Origin: Zancudomyces culisetae HAW-14-8 | Lineage: Eukaryota; Fungi; Kickxellomycota | Length of the DNA: 61,188 nucleotides | NCBI GenBank assembly: GCA_052426225.1 | Contig: JBNJNM010000018.1 | Span: 1-61,188, forward strand | Direction of reading: 5' to 3' | Shown: positions 9,638-32,418 of the stretch, one piece after another | How the letters are laid out: each line of letters begins with the position of its first letter | Numbering within the stretch: the first letter of the stretch is position 1 | Translations under genes and position numbers: made by a program | The notes under the pieces: generated by a model | What the model was told of the DNA's origin: nothing | The model's input: the letters and a program-made list of their open reading frames with translations, nothing else | The model's database searches: none

Positions 9638-9732
9638 ATATGATCTTAAAAGTTAAATTTTAAATATATGATCAAAAAAGTTAAATAAAATATATATGAT
9701 TAAAAAAGTTAAATTTTAAATATATGATTAAA
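9638..9732 (+). repeat. 28-bp imperfect tandem repeat, about 3.4 copies
   Basis: ATATGATYWWAAAAGTTAAATWWWAWAT units at 9638, 9666, 9694 and a partial unit at 9722. Confidence 0.85.
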
Positions 9733-9770
9733 CCATTTTAAATCAAGAATATAATGGATACGTCTAGTAG

Positions 9771-10469
9771 ATGCAATGTAAAAATCAATTAGGAATTAAT
9801 ATCATGCAAGCTGAATTTTATGATATGTTTGGTCATGACATCAATTTCGATAATATAGACGAGTTTAATAACGTACATAACGTATTAAATGTACAGTTTT
9901 ATAATAATCAGCATCATTTTTATTCGTTCATTCAATCCATAAACAATATTTTAAACAGACCTAATAATGATTGGGAGAATCTAGCTATAAATTAGCAAAC
10001 AAAAAATGAACAACTGTTATATAGATATATATCGGATATAGTTAATCCTAATATAATATTGACAGAAAGTTACAGTGTAGATCTTTCAATATGGTTTTTA
10101 CAAATATTTGAAATATTTCATGTTAGAAATGTACGTACTGTTCGGAATGATAGAATTAAATTTATATTTAGTAATTCTATATCCTAACCTGATTTAATTA
10201 TTTATAATGTAATTAATGATGATCAAAATCTTATTGTTTTATAGGAAAATAAAATTAATAAGAGAATAAATGATGTTAGATATAAACTGATAGCTTATAT
10301 GATAAATGCAGTCTCGTATAATAATAATAGAAATGTACATATACCAGTATATGCAATTTTATTTGTTAATGATATACCTACTTTTTATAGATTAGATATA
10401 GGAGATGATAAAGCAGCTGTATTTTTAGATGATATGAGATTACGTTATTCTCATTTTTATTCCTGTTAA
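9771..10469 (+). pseudogene. Decayed foreign gene, PD-(D/E)xK nuclease-like
   Basis: Interrupted frame IKFIFSNSIS*PDLIIY..LIVL*ENK..KLIAYMINA..NN..PTFYRL. Confidence 0.45.
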
Positions 10470-10553
10470 AAATAATTATAATATCATTATTAGAAAAAAT
10501 AGATTTAAATATCTTTATTAATGAATTTTATAATAAATAGCTATAATTATTTA

Positions 10554-10633
10554 TACGGATGATGGGATTTGAACCCATAAAGCTAAGCTATGGCATCCTA
10601 AATACCATGTGTTTACCATTTCACCACATCCGT
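10554..10633 (-). tRNA. trnL: tRNA-Leu(UAG)
   Basis: TGGTA TTTAGGA TGCCA arm, variable arm. Confidence 0.92.
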
Positions 10634-10654
10634 ATGTGGTTATAAAAAAAATAA

Positions 10655-10996
10655 TTAAAAATTAAGAATATCTTTACTTAATTCAAAAATAAAACCTAAA
10701 GTTAAAATAATAAGAAAGAAAAAAACAATCCAATAACCATAAACAGAAATATCATATAAAATTGTAGCAAAAGGAAATAAAAATATTACTTCTATATCAA
10801 AAATTAAAAATAAAATAGCTACTAGATAAAATAAAATATTAAATTTTTCTCTAGCTGAACCTATTATATCCATACCACATTCATATGGTGATAATTTAGA
10901 AAAATCTGGTTTATTTATAGGTAATAATAAATTTATTATTAATACTAATGATAATATACATGGTGTTAATATTATAAATATAATTAATGAATTCAT
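10655..10996 (-). CDS. nad3: NADH dehydrogenase subunit 3
   Basis: [22 protein letters not shown]. Confidence 0.97.
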   Translation of the reverse strand: MNSLIIFIILTPCILSLVLIINLLLPINKPDFSKLSPYECGMDIIGSAREKFNILFYLVAILFLIFDIEVIFLFPFATILYDISVYGYWIVFFFLIILTLGFIFELSKDILNF

Positions 10997-11035
10997 ATTT
11001 ATTAATTTTTTTTATTTATAGAGTTTATAACTCAT

Positions 11036-11106
11036 AAAAATACATAAGATTCGAACTTATAACCTAGGATTTTTATCCCATATTTTACCTTTTAAACTAT
11101 TATTTT
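11036..11106 (-). ncRNA. tRNA-like element without a normal anticodon loop, copy A; overlaps the nad4L stop
   Basis: Exact reverse complement of 13632-13702; D arm and T arm (ATAAG TTCGAAT CTTAT) intact. Confidence 0.7.
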
Positions 11107-11400
11107 AGGGTTATATTTTAATGTATTTATATTAGATGTTTTTATATGTATAGAACCTCTTAAACGTGACATTGTAACTAATATAGATAATGCTAATGCT
11201 ACTTCTGCTGCAGCAATTGCTATTATATATAATATAAATAATAAACCTATTATATCATCATTATTTATTGAAAATATAGATAATATATAAGCTGTTCCTA
11301 ATAATATTATTTCTATAGATATTACTATTAATAAATAATTATTTCGATTAAAAATAAAACCATATAAACCTATAAAGATTAGAAAAAAACCTATTAACAT
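11092..11400 (-). CDS. nad4L: NADH dehydrogenase subunit 4L
   Basis: NRNNYLLIVISIEIILL, AIAAAEVALAL, RLRGSI; C-terminal extension runs into the tRNA-like element. Confidence 0.95.
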   Translation of the reverse strand: MLIGFFLIFIGLYGFIFNRNNYLLIVISIEIILLGTAYILSIFSINNDDIIGLLFILYIIAIAAAEVALALSILVTMSRLRGSIHIKTSNINTLKYNPKIIV

Positions 11401-11465
11401 TTTTATATTATTTTTATTATAATTTTTTGGTTAAATATAACCCCTTCTTAATATTTTATATTATA

Positions 11466-11547
11466 CGGAAAAAGGGGGATTCGAACCCCCATGAAATATT
11501 ATTTCATAGTTTAGCAAACTATTGCCATACCATTAGGCGATTTTTCC
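11466..11547 (-). tRNA. trnS: tRNA-Ser(GCU)
   Basis: ATAGT TTGCTAA ACTAT arm, variable arm. Confidence 0.92.
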
Positions 11548-11552
11548 TTAAA

Positions 11553-11623
11553 AGCAATAGCTCGGTACCGACCCGAGATCAAATCATTAACAGTGATTGG
11601 CTTTACCTTTAAGCTACTACTGC
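11553..11623 (-). tRNA. trnN: tRNA-Asn(GUU), copy 2 with divergent T arm
   Basis: D and anticodon arms identical to 7600-7670; T arm CTCGG GTCGGTA CCGAG. Confidence 0.78.
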
Positions 11624-12059
11624 TTATATAATATATAATAAAGATTTATATAAAAATATATATAAAAATAAAATATCTTAAAATAAATATTTTTTTATTT
11701 CTCTTTTGATATTTTGTATTTCTATAATATATATAATTAGTATATGATATAAATTACTAAAATATTATTAGTTATTAGATAAAAATATCTTTTGATATTA
11801 GGTATAATATAGTATAAATATCTTTAGATAAATATTTTTTCTAATAATTAAATATCTATAAATATTTTTTCATTTGATATTTTAGATATAAATTATTAAT
11901 TATTATTTTAATAATTGGTATAGTTATTAGGTATATTAATTACTTGTTATTAGTATAATATATATTTTTATAATATAAATATCATTAGATAAGTAATTTA
12001 TAAATTACTTGTTATTTGTATATTATAATTTCTATTAATATAAATAACTAAAGATAATA

Positions 12060-12230
12060 ATGAAAGAATATAAAACAACAAATGAATATATTAACTATTA
12101 TAATATAAAAAATAAAACATTATATATTCCTAAATATAAAGAAACAGAAGAAGTAATTAAATTTAATGAATTTATATATATACACTTATTTTGTAACAAT
12201 AAAAAATGTAAAGGATGTTTATTTGAATAA
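12060..12230 (+). CDS. Small 56-aa ORF with a C-terminal H-x2-C-x4-C-x2-C motif
   Basis: Hand translation MKEYKTT...HLFCNNKKCKGCLFE*; convergent with the ORF ending at 12232. Confidence 0.35.
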   Translation: MKEYKTTNEYINYYNIKNKTLYIPKYKETEEVIKFNEFIYIHLFCNNKKCKGCLFE

Positions 12231-12231
12231 T

Positions 12232-12980
12232 TTAAATATTTTTATAAAATGAAATATATTTTTTATTATATATAATAATACCATTAATATCTTTCTCTTT
12301 TTCGAATTCACTTATTTTATTTATTTTAAATATAAATTGTTTATCATTGATATATTTAAAATAGTTATAATCATAATTCGTTACATCTGTAGATTTATAT
12401 TTTACTCCTATGTATTTGGAATAATTATCAACAAACATATCATCTGTTATTATTATTCTATCTGATATATAATTTTTTATTTCATTGATTCTTTCAATAC
12501 TTATATTATTATTATTTTCTTTTTCTTTATTAATAATATTAATAATATTATTATTTCTTTATTTTCTTTATTAATATTTATATTGATAGTAGTAGTATCA
12601 ACAATAGTATTATTAGTAGATTTTTTCTTTATATTGTAATAACGTTTACAATAGCAAATATTATTCAATTAATTAAATTCAATTCTATTGCAATTTTGAC
12701 CTTTAAAACAACCATATTTAATAACAGATTTACAAGAAGGTATCTGAGAAGTGGATGTATTGTTATCATTATTGTTAATATTAATATTATCAATAATAGT
12801 TAATTCTTTTTCATCATCATTATTATTAATATTATTATTAATAACAATAACTAATTCTTTTACAATATTAGTATTGTAAATAGTATCAATATTATCAATA
12901 ATAACTAAATCTTTTTCTTTTTTAATATTAGTATTGTAAATAGTATCAATATTATCAATAATAATTTCTTTTTTATGAAA
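12232..12980 (-). pseudogene. Decayed foreign ORF with a Cys-rich knuckle and an internal 60-bp duplication
   Basis: CKSVIKYGCFKGQNCNRIEFN*LNNICYCKRYY at about 12635-12735; 68-aa C-terminal piece 12232-12438; tandem duplication 12841-12964. Confidence 0.45.
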
Positions 12981-13631
12981 TATATATTATTTTTATTTAA
13001 TATAATATATATTAATTTCTAATAACCATAAATATTTTATTAAAATTATAATATAGCTATATATCATATACCAATTATTATTCTTATAATTTTAATAAAA
13101 AATAGCAAATGATAAACATAAATTATTATTACAATTTTATAATGTATTTAATATATATTAAAAATACTAGTATATTTTACTTGTATAGTTAAAATTAAAA
13201 AAAAATAATAATGTATGGTTATATTTTAACTATTTTCTATAAATAAAAAAATTATTTTTTATTTATGTGATTGATTGATCAAAGCTGTTACGAAGAAAAG
13301 TGACAGAACGGTTTGTTTAAGAAATATGATAAATGAAAATATAATATAAAATTAAATAAATTTAGTTATATTAGCTATATAAAAATTTTAACCCTTAGTA
13401 TAAATATTTATTAATAAAAGGTTTAATAGAAATTATGATATTATAAGTTTAAATATAAGTATCTATTATAAATTTTAATACTAAATTAAGATAAGTTATA
13501 TAAGTAAAACTATGGGTATAAAATTATAAATAATAAAAAAAAATAATCTTTATTTTTTTTTATTATTTAATAAATCTTTATTAAATAATAGAAATATAAA
13601 TCAATATATTATATATAATATTATTTCCTTA

Positions 13632-13702
13632 AAAATAATAGTTTAAAAGGTAAAATATGGGATAAAAATCCTAGGTTATAAGTTCGAATCTTATGTATTT
13701 TT
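13632..13702 (+). ncRNA. tRNA-like element without a normal anticodon loop, copy B; upstream of nad1
   Basis: AAAATAA TA GTTT AAAAGGTA AAAT A TGGGA TAAAAA TCCTA GGTT ATAAG TTCGAAT CTTAT GTATTTT T; 6-nt loop. Confidence 0.7.
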
Positions 13703-13741
13703 ATGAGTTATAAACTCTATAAATAAAAAAAATTAATAAAT

Positions 13742-14713
13742 ATGTTATTATCATTAATAGAAATATTATTATTAATATTTCCAGTTTTATTTGCTATTGC
13801 TTTTTTAACATTAACTGAAAGAAAAGTTATGGGTTCTATGCAAAGAAGAGTAGGACCTAATAAAGTAGGTATATTTGGTATATTACAACCTATAGCAGAT
13901 GGTATAAAATTATTATTAAAAGAAACTATAATTCCATATCAAAGTAATAAATTATTATTAATATTAGCACCTTTATTAATATTTACTATTAATTTAATTG
14001 GATGGGCACCAATACCTTTTAGTAAAGGTTATCAAATATCTGATATGGAATTAGGTATTATTTATATTTTAGCTATTTCTTCTATTGGTGTAGTAGGAAT
14101 AATATTAGCTGGTTGGTCTGGTAATTCTAAATATTCTTTAATGGGTTGTTTAAGAACAACAGCTCAATTAGTTTCTTATGAATTATTATTAGGATTAACT
14201 ATTTTAACAGTTATTTTAATAATTAATAATTTTAATATAAATAATATTATACTTTTTCAACAATCAATTTATTTTTTTATACCTTTATTACCTTTATTTA
14301 TTATAATTTTTATATCAGCTATTGCTGAAACTAATAGACCACCTTTTGATTTAGTTGAATCTGAATCAGAATTAGTAAGTGGTGCTTTTACTGAATATAG
14401 TTCATTTTCTTTTGCTCTTATATTTTTAGGTGAATATGGAGCTATGATAACAATGTCTACTTTAATTACTATCTTATTTTTAGGTGGTTATTTACAACCT
14501 TTTTTTATTAATTCTTATTTTGATTCAATTTCTTTAGGTATAAAAATATGTTTTTTATTATTTTGTTTTATTTGGGTTAGATCTACATTACCTAGAGTTA
14601 AATTTAATCAATTAATTTCTTTATGTTGGAAATCTTTATTTCCATTAGTTTTAGGTTTATTTATTTTTGTTTCTTCATTAGTATTAATTTTTAATTTAAC
14701 ATATATTATTTAA
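13742..14713 (+). CDS. nad1: NADH dehydrogenase subunit 1
   Basis: ERKVMGSMQRRVGPN, AETNRPPFDL. Confidence 0.97.
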   Translation: MLLSLIEILLLIFPVLFAIAFLTLTERKVMGSMQRRVGPNKVGIFGILQPIADGIKLLLKETIIPYQSNKLLLILAPLLIFTINLIGWAPIPFSKGYQISDMELGIIYILAISSIGVVGIILAGWSGNSKYSLMGCLRTTAQLVSYELLLGLTILTVILIINNFNINNIILFQQSIYFFIPLLPLFIIIFISAIAETNRPPFDLVESESELVSGAFTEYSSFSFALIFLGEYGAMITMSTLITILFLGGYLQPFFINSYFDSISLGIKICFLLFCFIWVRSTLPRVKFNQLISLCWKSLFPLVLGLFIFVSSLVLIFNLTYII

Positions 14714-14881
14714 TTCCCCTTTGAATAATATTTTATATATTAATATATTATTTTTTTTTATATTAGTCTATATTTGGTTATTTATAACTTAAATATCTAA
14801 AATATCAATATATATCTAATTATTATTAAATAAATCTATTTTTAATAAATTTGAGTAAAAAAAGAAAATAGGTTTTCATAA

Positions 14882-26937
<12,056 letters not shown>

Positions 26938-27042
26938 TACCCCCCTTAAATTTATTTTATAAAAAATTAAAAAAAAACCTTTATTTTTATTAAATAATTT
27001 ATTTAATAAATCTTTATTCTATATTTAAAGAATCAATATATT

Positions 27043-27114
27043 GCCAATATAGGTTAAATGGTAAACCGTCCCTCTTCCAAAGGGAAGTAATGTGTTCAAA
27101 TCACATTATTGGTA
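27043..27114 (+). tRNA. trnG: tRNA-Gly(UCC), copy 2
   Basis: Identical to the reverse complement of 5670-5741. Confidence 0.92.
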
Positions 27115-27854
27115 TAAGTAATATAAAATATTCTTAATATCTTAAAATATTTTATTTTTATATTAAAAATATTCTTAATACCCTAAATATAGACTAATAT
27201 TATTTTATATTTATGTTTAGATATTTTTAATGCTTATAGATAACCATTATATAATTCTAATAATTTTTAATATAAATATTTATATTAATACTAGTAATAT
27301 ATTCTAAATAACTAAATATATAAAAAAATTATTTTTTTTTTTAGATTTATATACTAATTACTATATTTATTATATATATAATAGATATATACCAATAACC
27401 TAATATCAATAGATAAATATTTTTTTAATATAAGTATACTAGTAATATAAATAACCAAATATTGATAAATATAAAATAATATTAGTATTCTAATAATTTG
27501 TATACTAGTTATAAATAACATATCTAAGGATAAATATTTTTCTAAATATCAGTCTTAAGATATTAGGAAATAACTTGTTATTAGTATAAATAACTAAAAT
27601 ATCATGAATATTAGGTATATATAATAAATAAATAACAAGTTAAAATATCTAAAAATATCTTTAAATATCTAAGATATTTAGGGTATTAAGAATATTTTAT
27701 TGTTAATTAATATAATTATACCAATATATAAATTAAATAGATTCTATACTATATTTATTTCTAATATTATATAAATTCATATTAAAACCATTACTTTTAT
27801 ATAATATTATTCATATTTAATAAGTTATTAAATAAATCTATAAAAATATTAAAA

Positions 27855-28033
27855 AATCAGGTTATTTTAGGAAAGTCCGAATATTAATATATAAATTAAA
27901 ATATTTTTTTGTTTAAATAAAAATAGTAGATTAAATTCTCTTTTAAAATAAAATATGTCATAAAAATAAAAAATAATATAATTAAATATAGATTAATATT
28001 TACAGAATTCGGCTTATATTATAAATTCTGATT
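27855..28033 (+). ncRNA. rnpB: Mitochondrial RNase P RNA (reduced)
   Basis: CR-I GGAAAGTCCG and CR-V ACAGAATTCGGCTTA forming P4; P1 aatcagg/tctgatt. Confidence 0.9.
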
Positions 28034-28337
28034 ATTAAAAATAATGAAATAATTAGAAAAAAAATATAAAATTCTTATTTATAAAATAATATAAAATATT
28101 TAGCATCTTATTATAAAAAACTTATAAAAATATTTTTTATTATCTTATATCTATAATTTTTATAAAAATTAAATATTATTAAATGAATCTAATTTTATAT
28201 AAAAAAGTATAATAAAAAATTCTAAGTATTTTAAGATACTTATTAATAAAAAAAAATTTAGAATAAGTATTATAAGAAATAAAAGTTTAAGAAACTATTT
28301 GTTTAATAAAACAAAATATGTTTAAATAAAAAATAAA

Positions 28338-29120
28338 ATGCAATTATATCCTAATCATATAGTAGAAACAAGTCCTTGGCCTATAGTAACATCTATAAGT
28401 TTAGCTAATACATTATTAAGTATAGTATTAATATTACAAGGTTTTAATTCATTATCATTAAAAATAAGTATTATATCATTAATATTAAGTATGAGTTTAT
28501 GGTGGAAAGATGTAATAATAGAAAGTACATATCAAGGACATCATACAACAATTGTAATGTCTGGTATTAAAATAGGATTTTTATTATTTATATTATCTGA
28601 AATATTTGTATTTTTAAGTGTATTTTGGGCACAATTAAATGCAGCATTAGTACCTGAAATAGAATTAGGTGGTTTATGGCCACCATTAGGAATAGAAGCT
28701 GTAAATCCTTTTGGTATTCCTTTATTAAATACATTATTATTATTATCATCAGGTGCTACTGTAACATGGGCACATTATTCAATGATTAAAAATACTAATA
28801 AAAAAGAAACAATAATAAGTCTTTTTTTAACTATATTATATGCTACTATATTTACATTATTACAATTATTTGAATATTATTATGCTCCTTTTAGTTTTGT
28901 TGATGGTGTTTATGGTTGTACTTTTTATGCTGGTACTGGTTTACATGCTTTACATGTTTTAGTAGGTAATACTTTTCTTATTGTAGCTCTTTATAGAATA
29001 ATAAAAAATCATTTTACTCAAACACATCATTTAGGATTTGAATTAGCAATCATTTATTGGCATTTCGTTGATATAGTTTGGTTATTATTATTTATTATAT
29101 TTTATTATTGGGCTTCTTAA
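28338..29120 (+). CDS. cox3: Cytochrome c oxidase subunit 3
   Basis: SPWP, WPPLGI, TGLHALHV, YWHFVDIVW. Confidence 0.97.
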   Translation: MQLYPNHIVETSPWPIVTSISLANTLLSIVLILQGFNSLSLKISIISLILSMSLWWKDVIIESTYQGHHTTIVMSGIKIGFLLFILSEIFVFLSVFWAQLNAALVPEIELGGLWPPLGIEAVNPFGIPLLNTLLLLSSGATVTWAHYSMIKNTNKKETIISLFLTILYATIFTLLQLFEYYYAPFSFVDGVYGCTFYAGTGLHALHVLVGNTFLIVALYRIIKNHFTQTHHLGFELAIIYWHFVDIVWLLLFIIFYYWAS

Positions 29121-30842
29121 TACCCCCCCTTTTTTATAATTATTTATATAAATTAACTAATAATTATTTCTAGTTATAAATAACTTATCTTTGATATTTA
29201 ATTTTAAGATATTTTATATTATATATATTAACATAAATAATAAATTATTAGAAATAACTTGTTATTAGAATTAGTATTTATTGCTATTTTTTATATGAAT
29301 TTTAAGATATTTTATATATATAACTATATAAAATATTATATTTTAAAAATCTTAAAAAATTTATTAAGAGTGTAAAAGATATATAAAAGAATTAAGAATA
29401 GAAAGGAATTATAGTGGAAGACTAATCTATATATAAAAAGGAGGTATATACCAAATTATTGTTGATAAATATATGATACAATAAAATCCAAAGATTAAAA
29501 AATCAAAGGGCTAAAAAAGCCATTAATAACCTGCTAAACTGAAACATCTAATTAAGCAGAGGAAAAGAAATCAACCGAGATTCAAAAAGTAGTGGCGAAC
29601 AAAATTTGAAAAGTCTAAAAAAAAAAAGAAACCTAAAATTTTGGAAAAAATATCCTTAGAAGGTAAAAGTCCTGTGGGTTATCTTTTATAATTGTATTAA
29701 GTAAAATGAGAGTTAACTTATTTGAAAAAAGGGGAACCATCCTCTAAGACTAAATATGATATATAGAATGATAGTGTAAAGTACTGTAAAGGAAAAGATT
29801 GAAAAGAAAAGGAGATAAAAGAAGTGAAAAAGATCCTGAATCTGTAATTCTATAAGTAAGGGGAATAATAGTAATAAAAACCCTGTACCTTTTGCATAAT
29901 GGGTCAGCAAGTTGATAATATAAGTAAGATGTAAAATCGAAATGAAAATAAATAAATTTTTATTATCAGACCCGAAATCTAGTGATCTTCCCATGATCAA
30001 GTTCTAGGACTGAACCTTAGTTTGTTGCAATAAACAAGGATGAATTGTGGGAAGGGGCGAAAGACCAATCTAACTAGAAGATAGCTGGTATTCCGCGAAA
30101 ACTATAATAGTAGTACATTTTAAAAAAATTATAATCATAATTCGTGCTAAGGATTATATCTAATTATCAAAAAAAATGAATAATTATAAAAATATAAATC
30201 TAATCATCATAAAATATTATAATATTAAAATAGTCAGTCTTAAGGGGATAAGCTCATAAGACAAAAGGGAAAAAGCCCAGAACCTTAAATAAGGTCCCTA
30301 ATTAATAACTAAGTGAAATAAAGAGAGTAAAGTGTATTATTCAACTCTATAGTAGGCTTGGAAACAGCCATCTATAAAAGAAAACGTAATAGTTCAAGAG
30401 GATGATAGATAATTATAAATCTATCAATATAACTAATAAGCATCGAAAATGTAAAGGGTCTTAAGTTATTAACCGATATAAGGTTGAAAAAGGTAGCGGA
30501 ACATTCAGTAAATGGAAAGAAGGTATAAACCTTTAAACATATCTGAAGAGAGAATGCTGACATGAGTAACAAAAATGAATGTTAAAGAATCATTCAGGCC
30601 GAAAAAAATAGGTTAAAAGTAAAAAGGATAAACCTTTCTTAAATTAAACGGTCTCTAAATTATATGATGAGTAGATTAGAAAATTTATAGAATTTTATAA
30701 AATATTTAGTATATAATAATAAAATATTTAAGTAGTTAACTTTATTTTATTATTATATACCTGGAAAATATCTAATCTAACCGTTCTAAAACCAACACAG
30801 GTTTTTTTATAGAGTATATTAAGGCCTATCAGATAATCATCT

Positions 30843-30877
<35 letters not shown>

Positions 30878-31082
30878 AATAAAGGAGGGTCTATATAGAC
30901 TGGCACAGAATAGAAGAGAACAACTGTTTACTAAAAACACAGCACTTTGCAAATATAAAAAAGATTAAATAGTAGTATAAAGTGTGAAACCTGCCCAGTG
31001 CTAGCAAGTAAGTAAACTATCTATAAAGGATAATTTAATAATTTCTAGTAAACGGCGGTCTTAACTATGAGGATCCTAAGGT

Positions 31083-32418
31083 AGAATGCTGCCTTATAGA
31101 TATCTAAATATCTAAAAATAACTGGCTCATAACGGTGAAGTCTAACGAAATATATATATTTCTATGGTAATACCGTGGGAAGTAAAGAAATTTACCCCGT
31201 AACGACTTCGGATTTATTAAAAATCCGGGATAATTTAAGATTTTAGAAATTAAATTATAATACGCCAGATTTTAATTAAAATAAATGTAAATGGAATTAA
31301 TTGAGGCATAAAATTAATAAATATATATTACATAAATATTATAAAATGAAAGAAATACAATTATTTAACTTAAACCCTAATTGGGTTACTGGTTTTACTC
31401 AAGCAGATGGTTGTTTTAATATAACTTTTACTAAAAAAAAACCAAATCAAATTCGTTTAAGAGCTAGATTTATAATTTCACAACATATAAAAGATGAACT
31501 TCTGATCTTATCAATTAAAAATTTCTTTAATTGTGGTATAATTATTAAAAATAAAAAAGAAATTCAATATGTTGTTAATTCTATAAATGATTTAATAAAT
31601 ATTATTATACCTCATTTTGATAAATATCCTTTAAAATATGGTAAATATACCTCATATTTAATTTTTAAAAATATTATAGAAAAAATGAAGAATAAACAAC
31701 ATTTAACTCAAAAAGGTTTAATTGATATAATAAATCTAACTTATATTATGAATCCTTTAGGTAAAAGAAAAATTAATAAAAAAGAATTATTTGAATTTTT
31801 AAAAATTAAAGATTTTTCTATTTCAGATGAAAATAATCCGTATACTGATTTTTCTTTATCTAATAAATTTTTATATCAAAATGAAATTGATATTAATTTT
31901 ATTGGAGGATTAATTCAAGGTGATGGTTGTTTTAATATAAGTTTTAGAAAAGATTTAAAAATTCAAGCTCAATTATTCATAGCTCAAGATATGTATTCCA
32001 TTGAATTATTATCAGAAATAAAAAAATTTTTTAATTGTGGAAATATTATAGATAAAAAAGTAAAAATGTCTATAATAGAAATTAAGAATATTAATAATTT
32101 ATATAATAAAATATTACCTTTATTTAATGAAAATTTATTTTTTTTAGATAAATTAAAACAATTTATTATATTTAAACAAATAGTTAATTTATTATATAAT
32201 AAACAACATTTAACTAAAGATAATAAATTAAAAATTGTAGATTTAGCTTATAATATGAATAATAATGGTATTAAAAGAAAATTAACTAAAGAACAATTTA
32301 TACAAATAATAATAAATAAATATAAATAAATATGTTAATATGAACGAATTTATCATTTATAAATTTAATTAAAATAAGGTATAGTCTAGTTCCACATAAA
32401 AGTGTGGGTTAATATACA
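31083..32418 (+). mobile_element. rnl group I intron (E. coli-equivalent site about 1931)
   Basis: Interrupts CCTAAGGT^AGCGAAATTC; core gtaacgact and ggtatagtct. Confidence 0.88.
31301..32329 (+). CDS. Intron-encoded double-motif LAGLIDADG endonuclease (first ATG at 31346)
   Basis: WVTGFTQADG / FIGGLIQGDG; intact ORF. Confidence 0.88.
   Translation: MRHKINKYILHKYYKMKEIQLFNLNPNWVTGFTQADGCFNITFTKKKPNQIRLRARFIISQHIKDELLILSIKNFFNCGIIIKNKKEIQYVVNSINDLINIIIPHFDKYPLKYGKYTSYLIFKNIIEKMKNKQHLTQKGLIDIINLTYIMNPLGKRKINKKELFEFLKIKDFSISDENNPYTDFSLSNKFLYQNEIDINFIGGLIQGDGCFNISFRKDLKIQAQLFIAQDMYSIELLSEIKKFFNCGNIIDKKVKMSIIEIKNINNLYNKILPLFNENLFFLDKLKQFIIFKQIVNLLYNKQHLTKDNKLKIVDLAYNMNNNGIKRKLTKEQFIQIIINKYK

Noticed and set aside
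9638-9732. CRISPR-like array
   Set aside because: Repeats are contiguous with no unique spacers, and there are no cas genes
13632-13702. tRNA-like element as tmRNA
   Set aside because: It has a D stem and no G3:U70 alanine identity pair or tag frame
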